A stretch of DNA of 64,000 nt, from NCBI RefSeq assembly GCF_009914755.1, contig NC_060926.1; one strand, given 5' to 3'. Positions 1 through 18,607 of the stretch are shown one piece after another. Below the pieces are notes generated by a model, which ran no database searches, was not told where the DNA came from, and worked only from the letters and a program-made list of their open reading frames with translations. Source of the DNA: the human T2T-CHM13v2.0 reference genome, Homo sapiens. How positions within the stretch are numbered: position 1 is the stretch's first letter; each line of letters opens with the position of its first letter. A program made the position numbers and the translations under genes.

Positions 1-250
1 GGCAGATTGTACATTCTTTCTTTAGAAATGTCAGTACCTCTCAGTCCAGTCTGACTTTGGCCTTAGGTCATTCTGACATGTAAGGATAATTAGCAGCAGA
101 ACCAGGAGTCACAGCTGGGCAGCCCAACCAGAGAGTCCTTGCTCACCACCTCCACACTCCACTCTACTAACTCACAGTGTGTTAGAAGCACACTGGGGTT
201 CTTTTCTTGTGCTGAAGAGGTTTAGACTGTTAGAAAAATGTAAGTATGAG

Positions 251-2724
<2,474 letters not shown>

Positions 2725-3648
2725 AGAGGGCACCCTTCTAACAACCCCACTGCCCGTCTGCTTGCTGCCTGCACATGGAGGCCCTTCATAATGCTGTCCA
2801 GGGTGCCTCGAGCATGAGGTGCCTCTGACTGTGGTTGAAGCAGGCCTCTGGGAGTCCAGAGCTGGTCTTGAGAAACAACTTCAGGGTCCAGCCTGCAGTT
2901 TGGGATCCGGCATCTCCCCCTCCCACCCCAAGGCTACTTCCCTGGGAGCTCAGGGGCAGCACTCAGGTGCTCACGGCTCTGCACAGCTTTTCACAGGCTC
3001 CTTTCTCTGCAGAATCTCCCTGTCCCTGCAGTCACTCCCCTCCCCTATCCCCCACCCTCCCCCAAGGCCCACTTCTTAGGAGCTGTCCCCACTCAGGGCT
3101 TGACTGTGCATTCAAGTCAGGGCAGGCTCAGGGCCCCCCACTGAGGAAACCACCTCCGCCAACCAGCCTCCCCTCAGCTCCCTCATCCACTCTCTGGCCT
3201 CCACGAGGTCCCCACTTCTCCCATTTTCTCCCATTGTCCTCAGTGTCCCCACTCCCCACCCCCAGCCTCTGTTGCTCTCTGTCCGGGAGCCCCTGTGCTT
3301 CTCCCAGAACTTGTCCACTGGGCAGGACTGACAGGCAGGACGGCTCTTCCTCCCCCGAGCCAGGGACTTAGTAGGCAGGGGGCATCCAGGCCTTCCTGGC
3401 CAGCATCTGGGAATTCACCCAGATGGTTTATGCAAGTCCTACTCCCCCAGGGCTGGCCAAGGCCCATCAGAGTGGATCCCATGAGTCAAATGAGTGCAAG
3501 CGTGAGCTTGGATAGAACATCCACTGGACAAAAGGCCAGATACAAAATTGTCTATGTGTATTGTGTATATAAAATAAAACCACCATATGACACATCACTA
3601 GGAGGAAACATGCCACTGTTACTGCTTCAGAGTAAAGTTATGGGTGGT

Positions 3649-5481
<1,833 letters not shown>

Positions 5482-5864
5482 TCAGGATGGATCGGTCTCT
5501 TGCTGCGCCTCTGGGCCATCGTTCCCAGCCAGGGGGTGGACCCAGCTGCCCAGGGAGCCCACATCACACAGGGTGCTGCCTGTGGTCATCCTGCTGAGGC
5601 TGTGGGAGCTGTGGCGGGGTCTGAGGCGATGGCAGCAGGCCCCGAGGCACAGGGCCTCCTGGAAGGTCTCTCGGAAGCGGCTGGACATGAGGCTATAGAG
5701 CACGGGGTTGGCCGCCGAGCCCAGGTAGAAGAAGATGCCGGAGATGACGTGCACGTGCTGGAAGGCCAGGTGCAGGCCATCTGTCCACTGTGACACGACG
5801 CTCCACATGACGCGGTCGGCGTGGAACGGGGCCCAGCAGATGCCAAACACCACGACCAGGACAA
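5482..5864 (-). CDS. NMUR1: NMUR1 coding exon 3 (TM6, TM7, C-tail, stop)
   Basis: Acceptor tctctgtccctgcAG|TT GTC; the phase fits exon 2 (T+TT = Phe). Contains CWAPF and NPVLY motifs and ends QQETDPS*. 3+895+383 = 1281 nt = 426 aa. Confidence 0.97.
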
Positions 5865-6350
5865 CTGCAGGGACAGAGAAGGGAGGCCGAGTGCCCGCCC
5901 GAGGCCCCTCAGCTGCCTTCCCGGGCTTCAGTTTGGGTCACCCATTTTCACATCCTCTCCTATCCCACAGGCCACCCTCACCTATCACCCAGGTGGAAGT
6001 TTCTGGAAATTTGCCTGTTCTGGCCATGCCTCTCTCAGAGAGGCTGCCCTCACCATGGTCACTGACTGTGGGCAATGGGGCATATCCCTGCCTCTGACCA
6101 CAGCCAACTGGACCAGGTGTGGACACCTAAGCCCAGCCGGCCCAATCAGATTCTCTCACCCTGGAATATGAAATTGGGTGACACTTAGCTGTGGCTGTTG
6201 AGCTTCTGGGGTGATACAAGCTGTGGGGCTAGGGCCACTCTGGATGCCCACTTGGGGGCCATGCTTGCTGATGCATAAGTACAGAAAAGAAGAATGGGGC
6301 ACGTGCTCAGAGAGCGGCAGACCGGAGGTCATGGGGCCAGGGAGAGTGAG

Positions 6351-6422
6351 ACACACACACGCATGCACACACACACACATGCATGCACACACACAGACAC
6401 ACACATGCACACACACACACAC
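6351..6422. repeat. Interrupted (CA)n microsatellite, NMUR1 intron 2
   Basis: acacacacacgcatgcacacac... Confidence 0.85.
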
Positions 6423-7684
6423 TGCCTGCCTTGGCCCCGGCCTTTTCAGCTCCAGCCCCCAGCTCCCCAAGGCCCATCTGAATGTCTTGCCCTGCACTAA
6501 CCTGCCCCCCATCTTACTTGCCAGGCCCTTGCCCACCCCCTCCCTAACAAAAGGTAGGAGAGTTTGGCAAACCTTCACTTTCTCCCCAAATCCCTCCTGC
6601 CTTGTTCTTACCCAACTATGCCCTTCCCTGGGTCTCTGCCACAGGGTCAGCTGTGATTTTTGTTCCTTGTTTCTTGGGTTTGCTGCTGCAACTCACTAGC
6701 TTTCCTGGGCAGTGTCTTCCCCATCATACCCTAGCATGGTTTTCCTCATAATCCCAGATTTCAAAAAGGACGTTGCTCACAACCTCCCTGGCCCCTGGCC
6801 TGGTGCACAGAGGGCCAGCGGAAAGTGGACAAGGGAGGGAGGGAGGGAAGAGAGAAGGCCAGCAAGCAGGAAGCCCACCTTCCAGGGGTGAGCCACCCCA
6901 GCTAAGCACCTACTGCAGACTCTGCCCACCCATGTTTTCAGGGAGGGGACGGGGTAGTAGGCAGGAGGCAGGGCGGCAGTGGGCAGCTGGTCCTGAGCAC
7001 AGGCTTCACCGTGCAGAGCTGGGAGGCATGCACATAGCTCTGGGGTCAGCCTCGTTTCAGGAGCTGCACAAGAGACTGAGCTCTGGGACGGTGTCTGAGG
7101 GGTGAGAGGAGCGAGTCACTCTGGAGATGGGGCGGCCCCCAGTTAGCTGGCTCTGTCCAAAGTCTCAGTGGCCCTCTGCTGACCTGGCTCACCCCACTGG
7201 CCTGATTCAGGCTCTGCTGAGGTGGGGCTGAGCTGGGATGCAGGTAGGTGGATGGGGCGGATCTTTGATCGGCTTAGTATCAGTTTGTCTTGCTTCCCCA
7301 GGGCCACAGCTTTTGAAAAAGAGCCAGGTCCAGGCCACAGAGATCCAGAGCCTCATCCCAGTACCTTAGCCTGCCCTAATCCGCAGGCCTCTGGCCTGAT
7401 CCCCTGTGCCTTGAGCCCGGCCTTCACAGACACGCCTCGGGATGGGGCTGTTTAGACAAATGGTCTCTCCTGCGGTTCCCAGGGAACCGCAGACATGGCA
7501 TGGGGGAAATTCAGCACCTGGCCTCTCCAACACCCTCCTCCCCTTCTCTGGGGGACTTTGCTCCCCCCAGATCTCACTGTGTAGTTCCACTGGGGGCTGT
7601 GCACCTCGGCATCCTGCCACTCTGGCTCAGGAGGTGGGGCATGACCTAGGCCACGCCCATCAGAATCCTTCTTGGGATTTTTCA

Positions 7685-8100
<416 letters not shown>

Positions 8101-8413
8101 AAGAGGAGAGACCTGAGACCTGGAGGGTCCAGATCCCATTTTCTGTCATCCTGGAGCCCAACCACATGCCCTGCCCTTTCTGTGTTTTGGTTCCAGAGCC
8201 AGGGCCCCAAGTTTAGCAGGGTCCTGGGCTTGGTTTAATGCTCTGTTGTTGCTGTCTTGACATTCTTATTCATTTTTGAAAAAGGGACCCTGAATTTTCA
8301 TGTTGCACTGGACTCCACAAATTACACAATCTTACCGTTAGCCATTAACAGGTATTTTTGGTGTAAGATTCTAGTAGGGTAATCTAAAAGAGTACACAGG
8401 AGTGCAACTCAGA

Positions 8414-8438
8414 CACACACACACACACACACACACAC
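8414..8438. repeat. (CA)n microsatellite, NMUR1 intron 2
   Basis: About 12 CA units. Confidence 0.9.
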
Positions 8439-8561
8439 GAGACTAGAGGAGTTCCTCGTCCCCCATAAACCCAGATACTCAGCCCCTTCTCCCAGGCCCC
8501 AGGAGCCCCAAACTCATACCCAGTGCCTGGCTCAGCCCCTCTTCCCAGCCGTGACACTTAC

Positions 8562-9456
8562 ACAGCATCTTGGTCACTTGTCTCCGGCCCCGATCGTGCT
8601 GCTGGAGCCTGCAGGTGTATCTGGACCTGGCTGCTGCAGAGCCCCTGCCCTTGGCCTCCTGCATGAGCAGCAGCCTCTCCCGCCGCAGTCGCAGCCCAAT
8701 GAGCAGGTAGAGCACGCTCATGATGGCCATGGGCAGGCAGAAGAAGAGCAGCGCGGTGGTCTGCACTACCATGTTGTAGAGGGCCCGTGGGCGGACCAGC
8801 ATGCAAACAGCTGAGTCTGGCACTGGGCCCCGGCAGGGCACGTGCAGCTGCCGGATGCCGTGCAGGCTGGTGTTGGGCAGGGAGCAGAGCATGGCAAGAC
8901 CCCAGACGGCCCCAAGCACTCGGCGCACATGGGCCCGCGTCACCATGGACCTGGCCTGGAGTGGGTGCACCACGGCCACATAGCGTTCCACGCTCAGGGC
9001 AGTGACGTTGAGCACTGAGGCCAGGCAGACCATCTCAAACAGTAGCGTGCGGAAATAGCAGCCACCAACGCCCAGCAGGAAGGGGTAGTTGTGCCACATC
9101 TCATAGAGCTCCAGGGGCAGGCCCACCAGCAGCACCAGCAGGTCCGACACGGCCAGGCTGAAGAGGTAGTAGTTGGTAGGCGTGCGCATGGCCTTGTGGC
9201 GCAGGATGACCAGACAGGTCAGCCCATTGCCCACAGCGCCCACCACGAAGATCAGCAGGTATGTGGCACAGATGGGCATGAACAGCTCTGTCTGCTGGGG
9301 CCCCAGGTACTTGAGTCTCAGTGCCTCGTCAGTCAGGTTCAAGTCCTCAGGGTCAAAGTGCCCCCTGGCCGCACTGCCATTGCAAGCCATGGGGTTCCTT
9401 GCACCCCCTGGGTACAGGTCTCCAGGGAGGACAGAGCAATTGAGGCAGAGAGGAGT
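8562..9456 (-). CDS. NMUR1: NMUR1 coding exon 2 (N-terminus, TM1-TM5, ICL3), class A GPCR
   Basis: Acceptor tctctcccctctgttccacAG|ACTCCT at 9456 and donor ATGCTGT|GTAAGT at 8562; 895 nt. Contains GN (TM1), LAVSD (TM2) and ERY (TM3) motifs; matches ORF 8479..9390. Confidence 0.97.
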
Positions 9457-9621
9457 CTGTGGAACAGAGGGGAGAGATGCCCAGAAAGATCATTCAGGGA
9501 ATGCTGGCTCTGTCCTCACTCATCAAGCCAAAGGTGACATTAGCGCTATGATGACCATTATTTTAGGCACCACTGAGAAAGAAAAAACTCTTCCATCCAC
9601 AAGTCAGAGATGTAAAAATAA

Positions 9622-9972
<351 letters not shown>

Positions 9973-10797
9973 TTAAATTTCATGATCTATTGGAACCTTT
10001 GAGTAAATGACAGATCTTGGGTGTCTCCTCTTTCAAGCAATGATGCTAGATGAGGCACTCGTTTGGGCATCTGTAAAATGGGCACAATGCCTGGTATTGC
10101 AGGGTCTTCAAGAGCAAGCGCTCAGGAAGCAACTGCCTGGATTCGAATCCAGCCTCCCCAGTTCCAGGCTGTGTGACCTTTAGCGAGGTAACCTCTCTGA
10201 GGCTGTTTCCCTATTAGGAGGATCCAGGGAGTTTAATCCATTAAAGACATTAACACAGGGCCTGCCTGGCATACGGAAGGGCACGGGGATCACCCCCTTG
10301 CTCTGGGGACCCAGTCACTATGAGAGTCAAGTGAGGGAGTGTCAAGGCTACACACTACAAATGCTTCATCCACAAGTTGATTCTTTTTTCTGTTTTCTGT
10401 CACCTGAACTGTTCAGTCTCCATATTTGACGCCCTTGGCACTGCCAGTTCTGGGGTTCCCTCTCCTCTATTGAGCCCCACACCCTTCCTCCCGCCCGCCC
10501 TCACCCCCGCTGCACAGCAGCGCGGGAGCCTCGGGAACCAGTTGGGAACGCGCAGGCGCCAGCCCGGGTTCAAGGGAGGCGCCCTGGTCCTCGAGGAAGG
10601 GTCGCAAGCCCGCAGCCCCCCGGCGCCCCTGGCCGGAAGACACAAATGACCCGAGAAGTTGCGAGGCTCCCCGGTGGCGGGGACGGGGGGCACCCCGACG
10701 GAGCCCTCGGACCCTTCCCGCCCTAGGACGACCCTGCCCGCACCGAGCCCCGGCCCAGCTGCCGCGCCCTAGCCCACGCCGGCGCCTGCGCACCTAC

Positions 10798-10800
10798 CAT
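10798..10800 (-). CDS. NMUR1: NMUR1 coding exon 1 (initiator ATG only; the 5'UTR extends to higher coordinates inside the CpG island)
   Basis: Minus strand reads gggccgcATG|GTAGGT, an ATG followed directly by a consensus donor. Joining it to exon 2 gives the recalled N-terminus [28 protein letters not shown]. Confidence 0.9.
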
Positions 10801-10930
10801 GCGGCCCGCGGCCCGCGAGACCCCGGCTTCCACCCTCCGAGCGACGGACACAGACGCGGCGCGGGAGCCAGTGGACTGACTGACAGCGGCCCCAGCCCGC
10901 GCCCCGACGCCCCGCCTGTCCGGCCGGGAA

Positions 10931-10948
10931 CGCCGCCAGGGGGCAGTG
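10931..10948 (+). promoter_or_regulatory. CTCF-like motif at NMUR1 promoter
   Basis: CGCCGCCAGGGGGCAGTG closely matches the CTCF core CCRSYAGRKGGCR. Confidence 0.55.
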
Positions 10949-11003
10949 CAGTCCCCGCAGCCCGGGCGGCGCCCCCTCCCGCACTGGCGGAGGACGCGGC
11001 CGT

Positions 11004-11055
11004 TGGAGGCGACACCTCCACAAGCAGCGTGGAGGCGACACCTCCACAAGCAGCG
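11004..11055. repeat. Perfect 2 x 26-bp tandem duplication with an internal hairpin
   Basis: TGGAGGCGACACCTCCACAAGCAGCG occurs at 11004-11029 and 11030-11055. Confidence 0.95.
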
Positions 11056-12637
11056 TTATCTGACGGAACCCTCACAACAACCCGTTTTACAGATGAGAAA
11101 ACTGAGCCTCAGAGAGCCGCAGAGGAGGAGCCCGAGAGACCTGGGGCTCACATGTGATTCCCGCCCTCCAGCGTGCTGAGTTTAGCTTAACGCCGTCACG
11201 GTGTCCCTGCGGCCTCCAGCTCCTCCTGCCCCCCATTCAGACCCACCTCCAAGGACAGGGACGGCCCACCAGCCCCTTGAAGTCGACATGCCCCGGTGCG
11301 GTTCATCCTCCCAGGCTCCAGGCCTCTTCTTCTGTCCCAAGGCCCATGATTGCAGCCTCCGCAGCCCCTCTCACCCGCTGCTCCCTTCGGGGCCTCCAGT
11401 CCCTGAGTCCAGGCGCTCGGCCCTGCAGGACTGGGCAAGAGCCCCCTATTCTCCCTCCAGTCCATCCTCCCACAGCCACCAACGACCATCACCCCCTCGA
11501 AACCCTTCCTTGGGGCCCCCCCACTGCCTTCTGAAAAAGAGCACACCAAAGTCTAGCCTGGGGGTGGACCTCCCCACTCCTCACCTGCCTCCCTGGGCCA
11601 CCCTCTCCTCACCATTGTCCTCAGCCCCAAATACTGTCCCCCTTATCCGTTCAAATGTTCTTCTGCCCCCATCACTGTACCAAGGGTGGGGGTATAGACA
11701 AGGATGGAGGGAATTTAGGGAAGGGTTAAGAATGCCCAGCCACAGCCTCCTGCTCCCCCACACTGCCCACATGCAAATCCCAGTGCCTCACCTGCTCCCA
11801 CTCCCTAGTCCTGCAATCAGCTCCTTAGCTGGAAGCTGTTTCATCAGAAACTTCTAGGGACCCTAGAAATGACGGATCACACAGAGTAAAATGCTGGTTC
11901 CGGGGCCTTTGCCCAGAGTTTTGTCTCCTTAGCCTGGGCAAGGCCCAGAAATCCTCATGTTTGACAAACGCCCTCTGGAGAGCCCCATGCCCCAGAATCA
12001 CACTGAGGAGCACCAGGAGAGGTTACAAAGCCACAGGACCCCGAGAGGCCACCGTGAGCTCAGAAGCTCTGTGTGCCTCAGTTCCCCTTCCTGTAGAATG
12101 GGCTAACCACCATCGCCACTATTGTGAAGGTGACATGAGACACTGAGCGTCAAGATTCAGCACAGGGGCTGGCACATGGCCAACACTCAAGAAATGTGGG
12201 GTGGGATTGTCACCATTTAGTGGCAACTGGAGGCTCCTCCTTCCCCCCGCTTTCCTGCACCCTCCTCCTCCCCACTGCCCCCCAATTCCATAAGTCACTG
12301 TCTGGGCTTGGGGATGGGAGTTAGGCCCTCAAGGAGCCTGCACCAGGCCGGCCTTCCCAGGAACTCCACATGTAAACAGAGTCCCAGGCAGGGGACGGTT
12401 GTGGGAAGTGCAGGGGCACGTGGTCCTCAGGGCCTTGGGAGAAAGGATTCTGTGGTGCCCTGGGAATTAACTACTCAGCCCCTGATGAGCTAGTCCAGGA
12501 GAAATCCTCAGTAACAGGGCTGCCAGCACAACAGACGGGCAAGGAGGGATGACATCACTCAGCATCAGAGACCACTGTGGCATCACAGGCTGCTCTTAGC
12601 AAGTGAGGAGCATTTGGACCCCAGCCCTTCACTGGAA

Positions 12638-12740
12638 CACACACACACACGCACATGCATGTACACACACATACACACACATGCATGCACACATCACTCT
12701 GCACATACCACACCACACACACGCGCACACACATACCACT
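12638..12740. repeat. Interrupted (CA)n low-complexity tract
   Basis: Direct inspection. Confidence 0.8.
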
Positions 12741-15077
12741 CTGCACAGACTCTGAGCAGTCCGAAAGTCCCCGTGGACCCTTTGGTTCACACAGCCCTGG
12801 AGGGGATGGGGAAGGACCCACCTAGCCTTGCAGAGGCAGAATGACTCTTGCCAGTCAGGAATTCCTACAGCGGGTTGCATCATTCACATAACATTAGCAG
12901 CCATCAAAGGCTAAAGAGCAGCCCCCAAAAAGGAGAGGCTCAGTGGCCACAATGGCTGTGGCCCTCACTTCCGCACTGTGCAGAGGGCCCTAGGGGCCCT
13001 GGCCTCCGGGCCTGAGCTCAAGGCCACCACGGTAGTGTCCCATCAGAAACGTATGACATCCTGCTGCTCCTGCTCCGTCCTGAGGTGGCACCCCCCAGTT
13101 TTCTGGGTGTACACATCCATCTAAGCTTGGCTGGTGGGCGTCTGCCCAGATGAGGGGGCCAAGGACCCAACTCTGCACAACAGCAAATGCATTCAGGGAG
13201 GGCCACTGGGACCTCCAGGAGCTGCTGAGATACCACCCAAGTCCCAGGCGTGTGCAGGACTCATGGGGCCAGAGGCATGTGAGTAGCTCCGTATCCCCTC
13301 CTCATCCTGCTGAGTCCCTGAGAGCCAAGAGGGGCTGCTTAAACTCAGGCCAGGCTTAAACCAGAACCTTCTCAGCCTTGGGCTGACCCGCAGCTCCTGG
13401 CAAGCCCATGGTTCCCCCAGAAACGCCCCAACCCCACCCCACTTACTGCCTACAGAGGGGAGGCAGGGAGGATGAGATGAGCTTGGGGACACTGTAGCTC
13501 TGGACAGGAGGGAGGCACTGTTCTGCAGCCTGGGCAATGGGGATCACCCAGGACCCCCATCACTAGGCTTCATTGGGCAAACATGGAGAACAAGAACAGT
13601 AAATATCCGAAGCAAGGGAGAGTCGCTGTACCCATCTGGGCACCTCCCAAGGTCAGAGAGCTCCCTACCCAGCTCTGCTCTGTGGGGTCCCAGCCTGGCC
13701 ATGGCCAGGAGCTAGAGGAGGATGGTCTGGGCCCCTCAGGTGATGGGGTTCCGAACTTGGGGGCTGGGATTGCACCTCAGGGAGCCACGTGGCTTTTGTG
13801 TGATCATGCACCCATGCTCCCTGAGCCACCAGCCCTGGTCTGCTCACAGAAACTGGTGGGAGAGATGGTCAAGCCAGGCAGGGAACATGGTGAGTACAGG
13901 CTTTGGAGGCTGTGAGGCCAGAGTGAGACTCCGCATTCTGCCAGCGTGGCCTCAGATAAGCCACTTTGCGCTTCAGGCCTCAGCTTCTTTGCCTGTAAAA
14001 CACAAACATAGCCCCTGTCCTTCAGGGATGCCATGAGGATTAAGAGTGATAATGTGGGTTTAAGCACTCAGTGCAGGGTTGAAGAGCCTGGAATTCTCTG
14101 GAAGATACCAGAAAGCTGCTGGGAGGCAGGGCTGGGGTGGGAGCTGTCCTTAGTAGGGTTTGGAAGGGCAAGGTCCCCAGCACCCCGGGAAGGAGAGCTG
14201 AGTCCCAGTGGAAAGGAGCACACAGGCTTGCAGGGAGCCCAGCCACAGTGCAGGCAGTCGGGGCCCTGCAGCCCGGTGGGGACCAGCAGCGGAGGAGACC
14301 TCCGGGGAGCATCGCCCCTGCCTCTCCTGCTCCTAGAGGGGACCACTGGGGACTGTCTAGCCCCTTGCCCCCTGAGGGCTGTGAGGCCTGTTCCTGAGCT
14401 CTCCCAGAGACAGCCAGCTCACAGGCTTCAGGCAGGGTGCTGGGCACAGGGAGCCGGTCACCTCCTCACAGGGGCTCAGCCTGTGTACCAGGCCCCAACC
14501 TCCGCTTGTGGCCAAAGGGAGGACATGTTCAAGTCACACAGTGAGAAGGCCAGAAAAAGCCTGTGTCTCTCATGTCTAGGGCCTGTGTGTCCCTCATGCC
14601 ACCCTGGACTGGGGCCAGATCTTATTGTGTGCCCACAGGGTGCTCCTGGCACCTACTCCTCCAAGCAATAAAGGCCACCCTCAAGTCCACCAGCCTTCCC
14701 AGCTAACACACCACACTTGGGTGTGTTACAGAAGCTCCTCTTGGGGTCTTCCCATTTATAAATTCTCATAGTCATGATCAGAGGGAGGTTTCAGAACAAA
14801 AGTTTCTCCCCCTGCAACAGGTGACCAGCATCAGGACTCAGGAACTTGTTAGTCTGCAGCAGTTTGCTGTGTTTGATTTAGTAGTTTTTTTTCTTTTCCC
14901 TTTTAACTTTTTTTTTTTTTTCTGAGACAGAATTTCACTCTTGTTGCCCAGGCTGGAGTGCAATGGTGTGTGTGATCTCAGCTCACTGCAACCTCCACCT
15001 CCCCGGTTCAAGCAATTCTCCTGCCTCAACCTCCCAAGTAGCTGCTATTACAGGTGCGTGACACCACACTAGGCTAA

Positions 15078-15200
<123 letters not shown>

Positions 15201-16006
15201 TGACCTTTTTAACCTTTTATATTAGCATTATTTCATACCTACAGGAAAGTTGAAAGAATAATACAAAGGATTCCTATATTTTTGGGGGACTATGAGAGTC
15301 AGTTGCAGACATAATGCTTCTTTACCACTAAATGCTTCTGTTCTGGTTGAGTTTAGAAGTGTTCTATGAATACCATTAGTTCCCCCTGTCCAATAGGCAG
15401 TAGCCTACCAGGGAGTAGGTGTTAAGGAGGCAGTCCGCCTGGCAGGAGTAATATTTTATCACCAACATTGTTTAGAATCACTGGCACATCGTGCCACTTT
15501 TTAAAAAGCAGGCCACTTTTAGTCAGTTCAACAACTCTTTTCCAAACCTTCTCCATTATTGCCTGTTCCCAAGGCAGGCTGCTGCCACAGCCAATAGATA
15601 CTAAAGCAGTAAATATTCAGAGTGCGAGGAAGGTCAGCATTACAAAGGGAATAACATTAAATTGGAGGAAATATATCAAAGAACCGGAAAGTGGTGATGA
15701 AATGACAGTGGTGCATGCATACGGAATGCGTCTTTCTAGGGTTGGGGTGTTCTTAGGAACAAAGACTGAATCAGGAGGTAAGTACACAGTGCTGGGCCTA
15801 TCAACAGCAACTGCTGGACACAGGGAAAGGGGACCAAAGGCAGGTGCACTGAGGGTGTGTGATGGAGGAGCGGGCACCAGCATGGGCACAGTTGGCCTAA
15901 AGCTAAGAGAAGGCCAGGTATGTGAAGACTGAAAGACAGGGTGCCAGAAGATCCTCCTGTTGAATTGTTTTTTTGTTTGTTTGTTTGTTTTTGTTTGTTT
16001 TTTTGA

Positions 16007-16192
<186 letters not shown>

Positions 16193-17020
16193 TAGGCTGG
16201 TCTTGAACTCCCGGCCTTAAGTGATCCACCCACCTCGGTCTCCCAAAGTGTTGGGATTACAGGTGTAAGCTACTGCAACAGGTAAGGATCTTGGTTTTCA
16301 AAAATCAAAACTGGCTCCAGCTGATTTAGGCCGGATTTCCTGAAAAACATCCGGCAGCTCACAGAATCAACAAGAAGGCTGGAGGGGCAGGGAGACGGTG
16401 GGGCTGCAGCTAGAAGGGTTGGCACTGTGACCCGGCATCCCGTGGACACTGGCCCCAGGCTGGGACCATGTCCCCGCCTTTTGAAGCACTTGCCCTGGAC
16501 CCCCTGCCCCGGGGTGAGAGACAGGATGCTACAAAGTCAGGTCCTGCTGCTGCACTCTCGCTGCATGGGTGGGGTGAGCATGGGTCTTGCAGCCTTCTGG
16601 AGGGGAGGAGGGGCAGATTCCCCACCCAGTGGGTCATCCACAGCCCCTGGCAGACAGCCCAGGTGCCAAGCAGCCAGAACAAACCACAGATGACCCTGCC
16701 ACTCAGGGATTCAAGCCCTTGTCAAAGGCACCCAGCCTCAGAGAGGGTGGCAGACGGCTAGTGTGAGCACAATGGAGTCACAAGGCATTGTGAGACCCAG
16801 GGTTGGGGGACAGCTTGTCCCAGCAGGCTTATAAGGTTGGCAAAACCATTTTGCAAAAAGATGCCCAGGAGAACTTTAGCATCTGTTTATGACTTTTTTT
16901 TTTTTTAAGACAGGGTCTTGCTTGTCACCCAGGCGCTGGAGTGCAGTGGTGCGATCACGGCTCACTGCAGCTCTGACTTCCCAAGCTCAGCTGATCCTCC
17001 CACCTCAGCCTCCTGCGTAG

Positions 17021-17224
<204 letters not shown>

Positions 17225-17571
17225 TGATGGTCTGCCAAATGGTGATTCTAAACCCCATCATCCCTTCATTTCCGAGCTGACTGTGACTAGAAGGAGAAAC
17301 TTCCTCTTATCACTTTTATTTATATCCATGTGGACCCATGATTTCTTATTCTATTCAAAGGATACTAATTCATTATCATTATTTGTGTTGATGTTCAGAT
17401 TTGTCCCAGATTTGACCAGTGGGAGCCCCTTCAAGTTGGATCGTATATCCTTTTGATGTGTCATTATGAATATTTTGTATTTTCTGGCACAATACAATGT
17501 TCTAGGCTCATCTCCTATTTCTCTGGGCTATCCTGGAATAAGCCATTTTCCAAGGAGCTCTGGCTCCTTTA

Positions 17572-18126
<555 letters not shown>

Positions 18127-18607
18127 TCACTTGAACCCCAGGAGGCAGAGGTTACAGTGAGCTGAGATCACACCATTGCACTCCAGCCTGGGCAACAAGA
18201 GCGAAACTCTGCTTAAAAAAAAATATATATATGTAATAATAGTCATGAGATCTGGGTCAGATCTGGTGGTAATGAAATCAGTGCTCAAGATCTGGGTGCT
18301 GAGTGTGCTCATTACTGTTGGGTTGTTGCTGCTCCCAGACCCTCCAGTGGGCAGAGCTAGGGAATATATGTATGTATAAATATATAGATATATACACACA
18401 TACTATATATACTGTATGTATACACACATATATATTGATACTTTTTTTTTTTTTTGAGATGGAGTTTTGCTCTGTCACCCAGGCTGGAGTGCAGTGGCAT
18501 GATCTCAGCTCACTGCAACGTCATCTCCCGGGTTCAAGCGATTCTCCTGCCTCAGCCTCCCAAGTAGCTGGGATCACAGGCACCTACCACCACATCCGGC
18601 TAATTTT

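Larger units (their letters stand above)
10470..11060. promoter_or_regulatory. CpG island / NMUR1 promoter, exon 1 and start of intron 1
   Basis: Very GC-rich with dense CpG, unlike the CpG-depleted flanks. It has GC boxes (cccgccc) and surrounds the ATG exon. Confidence 0.9.

Noticed and set aside
11004-11056. CRISPR-like palindromic repeat
   Set aside because: Only two adjacent units with no spacers, no cas genes, and human context.
11201-14671. ORFs of 218 aa (11201..11857) and 212 aa (14033..14671)
   Set aside because: Pro/Ser/Gly-rich translations typical of stop-poor GC-rich non-coding DNA, with no recognisable family.
15468-15932. 154-aa ORF and overlapping antisense 90-aa ORF in sequence I could not assign (possible ERV internal remnant)
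   Set aside because: No motif I could identify with confidence; a Dfam or tblastn search would be needed.
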